The translations under genes and the position numbers were made by a program. Below are positions 8,382 through 18,485 of a DNA stretch of 64,000 nt, one piece after another. The DNA is from a virus (taxonomy: Duplodnaviria > Heunggongvirae > Uroviricota > Caudoviricetes): the IMG/VR virus record IMGVR_UViG_3300031088_000776, one strand, 5' to 3'. The notes under the pieces are model-generated. The model was not told where the DNA came from, ran no database searches, and saw only the letters and a program-made list of their open reading frames with translations. Each line of letters starts with the position of its first letter. The stretch's first letter is position 1.

Positions 8382-9043
8382 AGTTAATAGGTATCTCAGG
8401 TAAACCAGGTAGTGAAAAGATGGTTTACGCTTTCAAAATCATTCAAGAATTAAGATTCCACGGTTATAAAACTCATCTAGTTTCTCTAGCTGAACCACTA
8501 TATAAAGAATTCAATGAGATTGCTGACCAAATAAAGATATATGGACAGGATGCTGATTATATAGTAAAGAACTATAGTCTAGAGGCTAAAGGGCTTGAAC
8601 TCTATAAGCTTCTTAAAGAGAATAATCTAGGTGAGAAAAGTCCAGTTTACGGATACTCTAGAAGGAATGAGTTTGTGCGTAAGGGATTAAGTATGCTTGG
8701 TAGTGAAATACGTAGAGAACAAGACCCTGATTACTTTATTAAGAAACTTACTAAAAACCTTCCGGAAGGCGATTTTGGAGTTCTGATTGATTTGAGATAT
8801 CCTAATGAAGCAGACTTCATTAATGACAATGATGGAATAGTGTTGAGAGCCTTAAGAGACTTTGAAAGTGAACACGGTGGATATAAGTATCAGCAAGGCA
8901 TGAATGACCCTACTGAAACTTCATTAGATGATTACGAAAATTTCTTAGATTATCTTGAATATGATAGTTTTGATAGAGTTAGCTTTGCAAAGAATCTTCT
9001 AAAAATGTATGATTTAGATACTAAGGAAGAAACTGTAAGATAG
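8375..9043 (+). CDS. dNMP kinase-like P-loop kinase (T4 gp1-like), paralog 1
   Basis: ISGKPGSEK P-loop, GSEIRREQDPDYFIKK and DLRYPNE, co-linear with the 10150 paralog. ATG at 8375 overlaps the upstream stop. Confidence 0.6.
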   Translation: MLKLIGISGKPGSEKMVYAFKIIQELRFHGYKTHLVSLAEPLYKEFNEIADQIKIYGQDADYIVKNYSLEAKGLELYKLLKENNLGEKSPVYGYSRRNEFVRKGLSMLGSEIRREQDPDYFIKKLTKNLPEGDFGVLIDLRYPNEADFINDNDGIVLRALRDFESEHGGYKYQQGMNDPTETSLDDYENFLDYLEYDSFDRVSFAKNLLKMYDLDTKEETVR

Positions 9044-9065
9044 TCTTTAATGCTTAATAAATAAT

Positions 9066-9105
9066 TTAAGGGTGGATAGCCTAGAATATTGCTATCCACC
9101 CTTAA
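9066..9105. terminator. bidirectional terminator hairpin
   Basis: ttaagggtggatagc ... gctatccacccttaa. Confidence 0.7.
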
Positions 9106-9164
9106 AGAGACCTTTTATTTAATTTTGAAAAAATCTTAGACTATATAGACTTTGGCTAAGGTAT

Positions 9165-9995
9165 TTAACTTGGGTTAGGGAAGTATGGAGATTTCTCTAT
9201 ATCAGTCAATTTAGGTCTTGTGACTGAATCATGGACATTACGCTCCACCATATCCCAAGAGTAATCAATAGCTGAATTATGGGTATTGCCAAGCCTATCA
9301 AATTCCTTAACATCATAAGTTAGTCTTATGAAAGTTCTCAGCCCTTTGAATTCTGCAAAACCTGATTCATGCACACTATAAGCATCCATGAAGTATACTG
9401 TGTCAGGTTCTGCAATTATGAAATCTTCAGCTTGAAGGTCGAACCCCATGAAAACATTGAAATATTTTGGATCGGCAACTACAAATCTCTGCGGATAGAA
9501 TCGAGTGCCACCGTTAGTTGTTGCAACATAATTTCTATTGACCTTAGTCTTCTTAAGTATTCGCTCACCTTGAAAACCGTCAACGTGAAGTCCGCCATGA
9601 CGCTGTTGTTCCTCTGGATCGACTTCTTTGCAGTCAATAGTTAAATAGGTATTGTACTCAATCCAGTTGGGATTATGATGGTGCTCTAGACTTATTATAG
9701 ATTCAATAAGTTCTTGAAGCCCCCACCATTCTTCAGGTAGTCTATACTCTTCAGATCCTGCTAATCGTAGAGGCATATCTAGGCAGCGATGGTATTCTTT
9801 ATTGAGGATTTCAGTACCTACTGATTCAATTTTGATTGGAGGGTGAATCTCTTCAGAGTATCTTTCGTATGTGAAAACTCTTTCATCTTCTTTAAGCCTT
9901 TCGTTAGATTCTAAAGTTTCTGTATTCTTGAGAATCCTATAGTTAGGGCTACTACTATATTTGTCAATAGTCTTGTCTTTATTTCTAGTAAGCAT
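9165..9995 (-). CDS. hypothetical protein, possible Fe(II)/2OG dioxygenase-like cupin
   Basis: LHVDGF (HxD), a downstream YSVHESG (His) and RTFIRLT (Arg) resemble the HxD...H...R triad. Confidence 0.3.
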   Translation of the reverse strand: MLTRNKDKTIDKYSSSPNYRILKNTETLESNERLKEDERVFTYERYSEEIHPPIKIESVGTEILNKEYHRCLDMPLRLAGSEEYRLPEEWWGLQELIESIISLEHHHNPNWIEYNTYLTIDCKEVDPEEQQRHGGLHVDGFQGERILKKTKVNRNYVATTNGGTRFYPQRFVVADPKYFNVFMGFDLQAEDFIIAEPDTVYFMDAYSVHESGFAEFKGLRTFIRLTYDVKEFDRLGNTHNSAIDYSWDMVERNVHDSVTRPKLTDIEKSPYFPNPS

Positions 9996-10149
9996 TGCAC
10001 TCCTTTAATTTTTTAGAAATATCGCTGGACTTTTTGTTTAAGTTGTTTTCTAAATTTTTTAAATATTTGCTTTCAAGTCTTCTGTCTATCTTTAGTAGTT
10101 CTTGGTAAAACAATCTTAACTATTGAAATAAGATTAAGGATAAACTACT

Positions 10150-10929
10150 GTGGGATTGAACGCAATTGAATTGTCAGAGAAATACGATTTAGACAGAACT
10201 TTAGTAGAGAGAGCATATTCTAATATTAAAGAAAAGAAAGTCGTATTCTTTGCTATTTCTGGAAAGATCGGTGCGGGGAAAGATTCAGTTGCGCCGCGTA
10301 TTCTAGAGGCTATGAATATTCGGTCAAATGATTGTGAGCATGAGTTTTTCGCTCGGCCTCTTAAGACTGAGGTTACACAATTAGTTAATATTTGCAGATA
10401 CTCTGGAGCTTTTGAAGAAGCTGTTGAAAGAACTATTAAAGAATTAAGTGTTAAGCCTGAAAGAGCAAAAGAAGCTGTCACACTTCTTTATCGTGATGTT
10501 AAGCAAGGTGAGGTCACTAGCGGTTATGATCGCACACCTTCAGTCCGTTTAGCCTTGCAGCATTGGGGTACTGAGGTTCGCCGTGAGCAAGACGATCTTT
10601 ACTGGGTGAAAAAAGCCTTGAAGAATACTATTGAAAAACTTGCTGAAGGAAAGAACGTATATATTACTGACACTCGATTCCCTAATGAGAATGATTCAAT
10701 TATCGATTCAACTGGGATTACTATTAGATTATTAGTCTCCCCAGAAGAGCAAATAAGACGAATCCAGTCCCGTGATGGAATCGAAGTTACTGAATCTTCA
10801 AGGAATCATATTTCTGAAACAGCGCTTGATGACTATACCGATTTTGACATTACTGTCGATACGGATGAGAATAGTATTGAAGAAGTTGTTGGAATTATTA
10901 AAGGAAGTGAAGTATGGCAGAGAAACTAA
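10150..10929 (+). CDS. deoxynucleoside monophosphate kinase (T4 gp1-like), paralog 2
   Basis: ISGKIGAGKDS P-loop. VRLALQHWGTEVRREQDDLYWVKK and YITDTRFPNEND match T4 gp1 (SGVKRSGKDT, VRRLMQALGTDL..MYWVK, YIVPDTRQDHE). Confidence 0.7.
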   Translation: MGLNAIELSEKYDLDRTLVERAYSNIKEKKVVFFAISGKIGAGKDSVAPRILEAMNIRSNDCEHEFFARPLKTEVTQLVNICRYSGAFEEAVERTIKELSVKPERAKEAVTLLYRDVKQGEVTSGYDRTPSVRLALQHWGTEVRREQDDLYWVKKALKNTIEKLAEGKNVYITDTRFPNENDSIIDSTGITIRLLVSPEEQIRRIQSRDGIEVTESSRNHISETALDDYTDFDITVDTDENSIEEVVGIIKGSEVWQRN

Positions 10930-11486
10930 TTCAACTTGCTATTGATCTAGACGAGGTAGTCTTTGATTATGTTGGCGGAGTTCGAGAGTATGGCAAGACT
11001 AAAGGTGTTATTTTGCCTGATAGCGAGCCTTCGCATTTCTCTATGACGGAATCTGGATGGTTTAAGACTATGAGTGACTTCCATGAATTTCATAGAGGGG
11101 CTGTAGTTGACAATATTTACCAGAATCTAAAGGTTATCGAGGGAGCTTCTGAAACTCTTCATGAACTTTCAGATTCAGGGTATGGGATTAATATCCTAAC
11201 TTCTCGCTTCGTTCTTCCGCGTCAGCATAATCTTGTTGTCACTCAGACTGTTAATGCTCTAGATATGTTTGACATCCCATATTCAAATATTACCTTTAGT
11301 AATGAGAAGTGGCGCCATAAGTATGATGCATATTTTGAGGATGCTCCGCATAATCTTATCCCTTTGCAAGAACATGGTCTTTATACTGTAACTTTTGATC
11401 GACTTTGGAATAGAGATGTTCCTGGTGATCGAGCAAGAGGTTGGAGCGAATTCCGTGAAGTTCTTAAGGGAAAGTTCGGGAAGTAA
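10914..11486 (+). CDS. HAD-family 5'(3')-deoxyribonucleotidase-like
   Basis: The N-terminal AIDLDEVVFDY is a DxDxV motif typical of the NT5C-type HAD nucleotidases. Confidence 0.5.
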   Translation: MAEKLIQLAIDLDEVVFDYVGGVREYGKTKGVILPDSEPSHFSMTESGWFKTMSDFHEFHRGAVVDNIYQNLKVIEGASETLHELSDSGYGINILTSRFVLPRQHNLVVTQTVNALDMFDIPYSNITFSNEKWRHKYDAYFEDAPHNLIPLQEHGLYTVTFDRLWNRDVPGDRARGWSEFREVLKGKFGK

Positions 11487-11666
11487 TTTTAGAATTGAAT
11501 AGGCTTTAGACTCTGTGAGGTTATTATACTTCGCAGGGTCTATTTCTTTACCTTTAGCCTGTATTTAATTTTTGCATTTTTAAAAAAATATGCGCTCAAT
11601 TTGAATTTTGGTATCTTACGATGTATTATTGTTTGTAGTTAATAATAAAACATCTAAGGAGTTATC

Positions 11667-12575
11667 TTGCTTTTTCTTACTGTAGTAATTGGCCTCTTGT
11701 TCATTGTAGGAATCGGAGCAATGTTTATCAAGGGTATTCGAGGGTATGGAGCCGGCGCTCTCATTCTATCTTTACTTATTGTTGGTTTTATGTCAGCAAC
11801 TCAAGTCGGCGCAAAAACGGTTGGTGTTATTACATCATTCGGTAAGATTTCTGAACGCACGCTTACTCCTGGTTTAAGTATGATTGCACCGTGGGAGAAG
11901 GTCATTAAGGTTGATGGAACTATTCAGTCGCTCAGTTTTGATGAGGGTAATCCAATTAAGGCTAAGATTGCTGATGGTTCTGAGGTAGGAGTCCGCGGTA
12001 AGGTTCGCTGGGAAATTGTTCCTGCAAAGGCTAATGAGCTTTATGGTTCCTTCCGAGATTCTGACCCTACTGCAAAGTTCAGTTCTGACGTTGTGATGCC
12101 TACTCTACAGGCTAAGGTTCAGGAGTCACTTGAGAATTATAACCCTATTGCTCAGGTAAAAGCTGGTGACGCTGATCAGTCATTCAACCCTGACTACGCT
12201 AAGATGTCTGAAGATATTAAAAATTCAGTAAATGAAGAGCTCGCTAAGAAGGGTCTTGGCCAGATCGAAAGCGTTGTTATCTCATATGTCTCTCTATCGG
12301 AACAGACTCAGTCTAAGCTAAACGATTTTGTTTCAGCAACTGGTGAGACTCGAATTGCTGAACAGCGTAAGGAAACAGCTCGGGCTCAGGCAGAGGCTAA
12401 CAAGATTCTATCCAACTCTGTAAGCAATAACCCTAACGTTCTTGTTTCCCGTTGCATGGATACTGTTGCTGATGCTGTTGAAAAGAATTATGCTCTACCT
12501 GCAGGCTTCTCATGCTGGTCAGGTGGCGGCTCTGTAGTCATCCCTGGTGCTAACTCTAATTCTAATTCTCAGTAA
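11667..12575 (+). CDS. SPFH/band-7-like membrane protein
   Basis: Two N-terminal TM helices. VGVITSFGKISERTLTPGLSMIAPWEKV resembles the start of an SPFH domain. AAGGAG RBS upstream. Confidence 0.4.
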   Translation: MLFLTVVIGLLFIVGIGAMFIKGIRGYGAGALILSLLIVGFMSATQVGAKTVGVITSFGKISERTLTPGLSMIAPWEKVIKVDGTIQSLSFDEGNPIKAKIADGSEVGVRGKVRWEIVPAKANELYGSFRDSDPTAKFSSDVVMPTLQAKVQESLENYNPIAQVKAGDADQSFNPDYAKMSEDIKNSVNEELAKKGLGQIESVVISYVSLSEQTQSKLNDFVSATGETRIAEQRKETARAQAEANKILSNSVSNNPNVLVSRCMDTVADAVEKNYALPAGFSCWSGGGSVVIPGANSNSNSQ

Positions 12576-12596
12576 AGCGTTAATTTAACTAAATAG

Positions 12597-12636
12597 AAAA
12601 CCGCCAAGCTTAAAATATCTAAGCTTGGCGGTTTTC
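12597..12636. terminator. bidirectional terminator
   Basis: aaaaccgccaagctta ... taagcttggcggtttt. Confidence 0.8.
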
Positions 12637-12678
12637 AGTATTAAGACTTAAGAATTATATTCAGAAACTTCAAAAAGA

Positions 12679-14052
12679 TTAATCTTCCTCTCCCTTCTCA
12701 ATTCTTGCGGCTTTCATCATTGCCATGAATTGATTTTTAACTCCTTGTTTTTCCCAAAAGTCCTTAATCTCGTTTCTTTGCTCTCCAGTAGTTGATTCGT
12801 CGCGGAAATCCTTAACACTAGCCCTTAAATCAGCAACTCTATCTTTTTTAGTTTGTTCCTTAGGCCATTGATATTCCCCAACTTCTTTGCGGTGAGTTTT
12901 GAAAATTGTTCGAAGATCTTTAAGGTCTTCATTCATAGCCTTACGATTATAGTCTTTACCAGTTTTAGCTCTAACGTTTTCCTCCATTCGGTCTCCAACA
13001 ACATCTAGAAGAGCTTTAGAGTTTAATTGGTAATTATCTTTTGTAGTATGGAAATTACGCCCTGGATTTTTAGGGTCAACAATTACCTTAGCGGTTGCCC
13101 AGTCTTTATACGGATTGTTGGCTGTATTCTCCCAATGCCCGTCAGAAATCTGCCCTTTAAGCTCATCTTCGAGCAACCATTTCTGCGCTTGAGTTCTAAC
13201 TCTAATAGTGTTGCCTTCGTCAGGAATCATGTGACCGAGACCGGCTTCTTCAAGCTCTGTCTGCTTATTCTCAACTTTTTTAATACTGTCTATCAATCGA
13301 CTACGAGCGCGTTCTTCACTTGCTTTATGCTTTTCAAGTCTCTCGACTAAATCAAATCCTTTACCTCTCGGATCAGAACCTGGAATCTTCTCTACTTTAT
13401 CAGTTTCTTTGTTGTAGCCGTAGTGATAGATACGACCTTCTTCTTCAGCATGTAGTTCATCATACTTCTTATGTCTCGAGATCATCTCGTTCAATTCGAG
13501 CCTTGCATAATTCTTATTTATAGCAGCAGTGTTCAATCCTTCAACCATAACCCTCTGCTTAGGTGTAGAGGTAATATTAGCTACGTAAGCGGGGATTTGT
13601 TGGATTGAATCTAGAGAGTCTTTCTCTTTTGCGTCAACATTACTCTCTACAGAGGCACCGTCTTCACGCTTCCAAGCCCCGTAACCTGCGCGAAGTTTTT
13701 CAGCAGTTGCAGATGTAGAAAGTTCCTTGCCTCCCTTGAAGGCTCGAACACTACCGTCTGGTTGAATCTCAATAACCTTACCCTGCGGATGCACATAACG
13801 CTCGACTTTAGAAGCGACTTCATATGCCCCACTAGTTAGAACACCGTTATTTGCTGAAGTAGGTTTATCATTAGTCTTTCTAGATTTCTTCATTGGTTTT
13901 TGAACTGTTTGTGAAGCCATTGAGAGTTCATATGCCTGCTGAGCTATCTCAGGTGACGAATAATGCTGTGCATCTCCACCAAATTTGCAATCACGAATTT
14001 CTGCAGTGCAGACTCCCGGGACTCCCTCATCGTTAACATGATATTTAGCCAT
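12679..14052 (-). CDS. N-module family protein (457 aa), C-terminal domain unknown
   Basis: N-terminus MAKYHVNDEGVPGVCTAEIRDCKFG..QHY..AQQAYE. Confidence 0.55.
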   Translation of the reverse strand: MAKYHVNDEGVPGVCTAEIRDCKFGGDAQHYSSPEIAQQAYELSMASQTVQKPMKKSRKTNDKPTSANNGVLTSGAYEVASKVERYVHPQGKVIEIQPDGSVRAFKGGKELSTSATAEKLRAGYGAWKREDGASVESNVDAKEKDSLDSIQQIPAYVANITSTPKQRVMVEGLNTAAINKNYARLELNEMISRHKKYDELHAEEEGRIYHYGYNKETDKVEKIPGSDPRGKGFDLVERLEKHKASEERARSRLIDSIKKVENKQTELEEAGLGHMIPDEGNTIRVRTQAQKWLLEDELKGQISDGHWENTANNPYKDWATAKVIVDPKNPGRNFHTTKDNYQLNSKALLDVVGDRMEENVRAKTGKDYNRKAMNEDLKDLRTIFKTHRKEVGEYQWPKEQTKKDRVADLRASVKDFRDESTTGEQRNEIKDFWEKQGVKNQFMAMMKAARIEKGEED

Positions 14053-14163
14053 TATATAGCCTCCGATTGAATTGAAATTGTAAAATGTTTTCTAAACTTA
14101 AATAAGCAGTTTAGTCTTAATTCTCGGTAAAATACTTAAAAGACAAACAGGAAGGGTAGCTTA

Positions 14164-14970
14164 ATGGAAAATCTAGCGCCGCCAGTGAATAGATATCTTA
14201 CGGGAAAGCTCCCGAGTCATTCTAGCAGCACAAAACTTTCAGAAAATTTTAAAGATCTTGACTCTAATGCTCTTAAGTTCATTCTTTTTAAAGGTGAGTA
14301 CATGACTCAAGAGGGTAAGCCTACGAAGAAAGCGGCTAATGACGGTTTGATTGATAGATGCGAAAAGTCAGTCTTATGGAATCTTGAGAAAGTACAGGAA
14401 AAGCTTGATGAATTAAACTTTCCAGTTGAGCGTCAATACGTTAATCAAGAATTAACTAATATAAACTCTGCAGATCCAGTATGGGTGAATCTTGGTACGT
14501 TAGGAACATATTTTAATGCGACTGCAAATCAAATTGGTAAGTGGCTCGATGAGTTAGGCTTGCGTGAAGCTAATGGTATGGCAACTAAAGAAGCGTTAGA
14601 TTTCGGTCTCGCTACAGAGATGGAAATGAATGCTGACTCGCGAGGCAAGAAAACCAGAAAGATTAATCAGTGGGACTTGCAATTGATGCAAGCGAGACTT
14701 GTTGAAGCTGGGCATCCTCTTGATTTTGATTATGAAGCGACGCTTAAGGGTAAGGGTAGAAATAGTGATGTTTCAGTTGATTCTCTTGACTCTAGAGCCC
14801 GCGATTTTGCTAAAGAATTCTTGAAGCTTTTTAAAGATCCAGAGACGAGAGGTCAGACGCCTGCATTAGTTAAAAAGCAACCTAAGATGATTTTAAAGAA
14901 GGCTGAGGACTTACTGAAAAAGCCTGGTTTTATTACTGATGGTATTTATTTGAAGCATTTGAAGAGGTGA
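14164..14970 (+). CDS. hypothetical protein
   Basis: 268-aa ORF. Confidence 0.5.
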   Translation: MENLAPPVNRYLTGKLPSHSSSTKLSENFKDLDSNALKFILFKGEYMTQEGKPTKKAANDGLIDRCEKSVLWNLEKVQEKLDELNFPVERQYVNQELTNINSADPVWVNLGTLGTYFNATANQIGKWLDELGLREANGMATKEALDFGLATEMEMNADSRGKKTRKINQWDLQLMQARLVEAGHPLDFDYEATLKGKGRNSDVSVDSLDSRARDFAKEFLKLFKDPETRGQTPALVKKQPKMILKKAEDLLKKPGFITDGIYLKHLKR

Positions 14971-14978
14971 TTGTTTAA

Positions 14979-15242
14979 ATGAATGAGTCCAATGACTATG
15001 AAGAACATGATGTTGAGTTAGAGTATAGGGAATCTAGTTTTAATATACTTTATCATTTGATGCTTTTTGGTGCTATATTTCTCATGGCTGTAGCTAACTG
15101 GGTGGGAGGAAATCCTATTTTCGCTGGTGCTCTTACTGTCTTTGCTATCATTTCAGGTTATATGCTTTTTAGATCTGCTGAAAATAATAGAAATGCTAAA
15201 GTAGCAGTCGAATTTGAGCGCCTCGATAAATTGTACTGGTAG
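14979..15242 (+). CDS. small membrane protein
   Basis: 87 aa with two hydrophobic helices. Confidence 0.45.
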   Translation: MNESNDYEEHDVELEYRESSFNILYHLMLFGAIFLMAVANWVGGNPIFAGALTVFAIISGYMLFRSAENNRNAKVAVEFERLDKLYW

Positions 15243-15261
15243 AACTGCTATTTTTTGATTT

Positions 15262-15433
15262 TCTTAGAGTAGCGAAAACTGCGCTACTAAGACCACCTAG
15301 TTTGCCGTGATAGGCTCGGGTCTAACTAGGTGGTCTTTTCATGTTTAGATGCAGTTTTAACGGAAAATACTGTTTACTGTATGACTATACCCTAGACAGT
15401 AAAACCGATGCTACAGGACGCTTAGGCTCGACC
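15262..15433 (-). repeat. family A composite repeat, copy A2 (reverse orientation; acts as a + strand terminator)
   Basis: ctgcgctactaa, then gaccacctagtt [21-nt loop] aactaggtggtc, then tttt, followed by the reverse complement of the ttagggtatagtcatacag module. Confidence 0.8.
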
Positions 15434-15590
15434 AGGTCTATAATAATAAAACAGAAGCTAAGATAGAATTCAGAAGTTAGAAGTTACGTTTTAGATTTTA
15501 TAGAAAACTTAAAAGGTAAAGACGATATTCTTTACTGAAAGTCTAAGTCTAGAGCTATAACCAGTCACGAGGCGCTCTAGACTTAGACAC

Positions 15591-16160
15591 TTAATCGTCT
15601 TTGTCAGGGTCGAATACCCGAGTGGTGACTTCAACATTATCTTCTTTTAGAACTCTTTTTAAGAATTGATCTATTTCTTCTATATGTTTAGTAATGTCTT
15701 CAAAAAATCCCTGTTCCCAGATAAACTCAACTTTATCTTTCGATGAAAATATTACGCTGGTTGAAATCCAAACATCGTCTGAAACGTTAATAGAACCTAT
15801 CTTACTCTCAAAGTAATCAATTGTTTCTTCTGTGACATCTTCCTTAAGAGTAATTTCAGTTGAAAGGCTCTTCAAGCTACCTGCAAAAGGTGAATAATCG
15901 TTAGAAACAAATACTTTTTCAGAACCTTCAAGAATATGGGAGACTAATCTATGTGTTCCATCAGCGACATGACCATCCTTTAAGATGATCGGCTCCCGAA
16001 AATAACCGACTCTTTTAAGTTCCCCTCGGAGTCTCTCAATAACTATAGAGTCATTCTTTAGCATGTACTCTATAACTCCGTTCCAATCATCGCATCCATA
16101 AAGATTTTCAAAATTGTTTAAAACATAGTCTATGCTCACTAAATCTTTATCTCTATCCAA
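15591..16160 (-). CDS. hypothetical protein, possible ParB/Srx-like domain
   Basis: ILKDGHVADGTHRLVS resembles the DGHHR motif of ParB-like nuclease domains. Confidence 0.3.
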   Translation of the reverse strand: MDRDKDLVSIDYVLNNFENLYGCDDWNGVIEYMLKNDSIVIERLRGELKRVGYFREPIILKDGHVADGTHRLVSHILEGSEKVFVSNDYSPFAGSLKSLSTEITLKEDVTEETIDYFESKIGSINVSDDVWISTSVIFSSKDKVEFIWEQGFFEDITKHIEEIDQFLKRVLKEDNVEVTTRVFDPDKDD

Positions 16161-16997
16161 AAAGACTCTCCTATCAAGCTATTTAACTCTAATATCCTAT
16201 CACATGAGCATCCATCTCCTCTAACACTTTAAGAGTTTTTGAATAGGGCTAAAAGTACAGTTTTCTGTTGCTAACTACCTTACCTACCATGGACATTAAC
16301 TTGAGGGGTATAGGGACCTGCTAAGTGAACAGTGCCACCATACCCTCACTTACTCAGACTCAACCCTCTCGACACATCGCCACTCTATCCCTAGTCACGG
16401 TGCTCGCTCAACATACACTCAACAGTCAGTAAACCCGGTTCTCTCAGCAGTATAGCGAAGAGGTGAACAAATACTCACGGAAAACTAGCTACTGCGAGAC
16501 TGTCTGGTGTCGCTGTTTAGCGTATATGACAAATCGACTATTGAGATTACTGATGTAGCTTGGTTTCTATAATTATATATTAGGCTGTTAGTCGAAGGAA
16601 CCTCTGAATAGTCATCTGACGTAATGTATTCTTCTCTAGTTTCAATGAGGCCTGACGAACTAGATATTTTTGTTTAATTGGGTTCTAGCTTCATTAGAAC
16701 TGACGCTAACTACCTTACCTACCATAGACTTTAGCTTGAGGTGTATACGCGTGCATAATCACCTGCTCCCACCGCTCACTCAAATTTACTAAAAAGTTAT
16801 AAAGATGGCCATAAGAAAGTTACTGGCAAAATTACAATCGCTGACAACACGTTATAGAAAAATAAAAAATTGCGTTAAAGCGAAGAGTTTGATAATGTTT
16901 GTGAGTGATGACCTATATCACGCAAATCTAGTTATCACTTGGTAAAAGTTTTTTGATAGGATAATCAAGTGTCACACTGCACCAACAAGGGGGAACA
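16161..16997. other. 837-bp ORF-free, C-rich structured region; candidate large ncRNA
   Basis: No ORF of 60 aa or more on either strand. It holds the B2 repeat (16403-16530), two copies of ctaactaccttacctaccat.gac (16271, 16706) and the hairpin gaggggtatagg/ccataccctc. Confidence 0.35.
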
Positions 16998-17285
16998 ATG
17001 ACTACTGCAACTATTAACAACGTTAAGTCCGGATCGACTCTATTCAATACTACGATTCCACAGGATCTAGTAATTGATGGCCCGCGACTTCTGAATAAAG
17101 ACCTATGCGAATACCGCTGCGGTCAAGCTTATGTTCGCTTTATCAGCCCTGATAGCTCACTAGAATTGCTTATGTGCGGAAGCCATGCTCGCCGTTCAAT
17201 TGCATCAATGATTGAAAAGAAATGGTTAATTGATGACCAGACACACTACCTTATGGAAGATAACCGCCATAAGGGAGAACTCTAA
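16998..17285 (+). CDS. hypothetical protein
   Basis: 95-aa ORF. Confidence 0.45.
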   Translation: MTTATINNVKSGSTLFNTTIPQDLVIDGPRLLNKDLCEYRCGQAYVRFISPDSSLELLMCGSHARRSIASMIEKKWLIDDQTHYLMEDNRHKGEL

Positions 17286-17761
17286 TATTTAAGTCTAATT
17301 AGAGGTGGTCATACAATTAACAGTATGACCACCTCTAAGAGTATTAATAATAAGATTTAAAAAAGATGATGATCTCTATTCTTAATAGAAATCAAATTCT
17401 ATATTGGATATCTGGTGATATTCTTAAAGAAGTCTTTGGTCAAATTGCTTTTAATATTTCCAACGTTTAGCGATAAAACTAACTTTTATATTAACCTAAA
17501 GAATACTTTGAAAGTTAAAATAATTTTTATTAGAATGAATTATGAGCTTTACATGATGCACTCCTATAGAGCTTTAAAAATATTAAACACTAACCTATTA
17601 CTAGTGAAAAAATAAAGAGATTAGACTTCAATTATGATAGAAAAATATTTGATTGTTCAAAAAATAGCAATCAAAGTAAAATGTTTCGCTTTTGAGGCGA
17701 CATGTGATAATGTTATTTTTGTCTGATGAAAAATTAGGCTTACACGAGAAGAGAAGGAACG

Positions 17762-18304
17762 ATGAGAACTATATGCCTTGACACTGAAATCGGAAAGCAC
17801 CAAGTGCTAGTTGTAGACTCCACAATGGAAATCAAGGGAACTATTGAATGGACTCGAGCAGTCACCTTGGTTGTCACTGATGAAGCCTACACACTGATTC
17901 CAAGAGCAGACGGTTCATTAGTTCGTAGCCCTAATTTTTCTATGAAGAAACCCCTTGTTGTTTGCTTAAAGCGTTTCGTGAATAGGCCAAATAAAACTTA
18001 CAGGAACGATGACATTGTTTCTAAGAAGACTATTCTTATTAGAGATAACTGGACTTGCCAATACTGCGGAAACTTCGGTGACACTATCGACCACATCCAC
18101 CCTAAGTCTAGAGGTGGCGGAAACACTTGGGGAAACCTTTGTGCTGCCTGCCATGACTGCAATGAGTCAAAGGCTAACAAAACACCTAAAGAAGCTGGAC
18201 TTAAGAGCCCTGTAATCCCTAAGAGTTTCGCACCTGCTCGAAAAAGCATGCTTCAATCTGCTGTGTATAAAGCTCTTGAGGATATGATGTTTGAGGAGTC
18301 GTAA
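17762..18304 (+). CDS. HNH endonuclease
   Basis: CQYCGNFGDTIDHIHPKSRGGGNTWGNLCAACHDCNESK contains the CxxC...H-N-H...CxxC signature. Confidence 0.8.
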   Translation: MRTICLDTEIGKHQVLVVDSTMEIKGTIEWTRAVTLVVTDEAYTLIPRADGSLVRSPNFSMKKPLVVCLKRFVNRPNKTYRNDDIVSKKTILIRDNWTCQYCGNFGDTIDHIHPKSRGGGNTWGNLCAACHDCNESKANKTPKEAGLKSPVIPKSFAPARKSMLQSAVYKALEDMMFEES

Positions 18305-18326
18305 GACTTTAACGAAAACTAGAATA

Positions 18327-18365
18327 AAATAGCCTACATTCTTATTTGTTATGTAGGCTATTTTA
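18327..18365 (+). terminator. intrinsic terminator
   Basis: aaaatagcctacat ... atgtaggctatttt. Confidence 0.6.
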
Positions 18366-18485
18366 AAGTCCTCTATTAATCCTGCTTTTTCTTAAAAACT
18401 CTAAAGAAAAGATATTGTATTTTGAATATTCTTAAAATTTCTTGGTAAAATACTAGACGAACAATAAAAAGACTAATGGAGTGTT

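Noticed and set aside
17415-17615. 66-aa ORF in the AT-rich intergenic region
   Set aside because: Low-complexity, AT-driven reading frame. It lies in the region between convergent or divergent genes that probably holds promoters, so it is most likely spurious.
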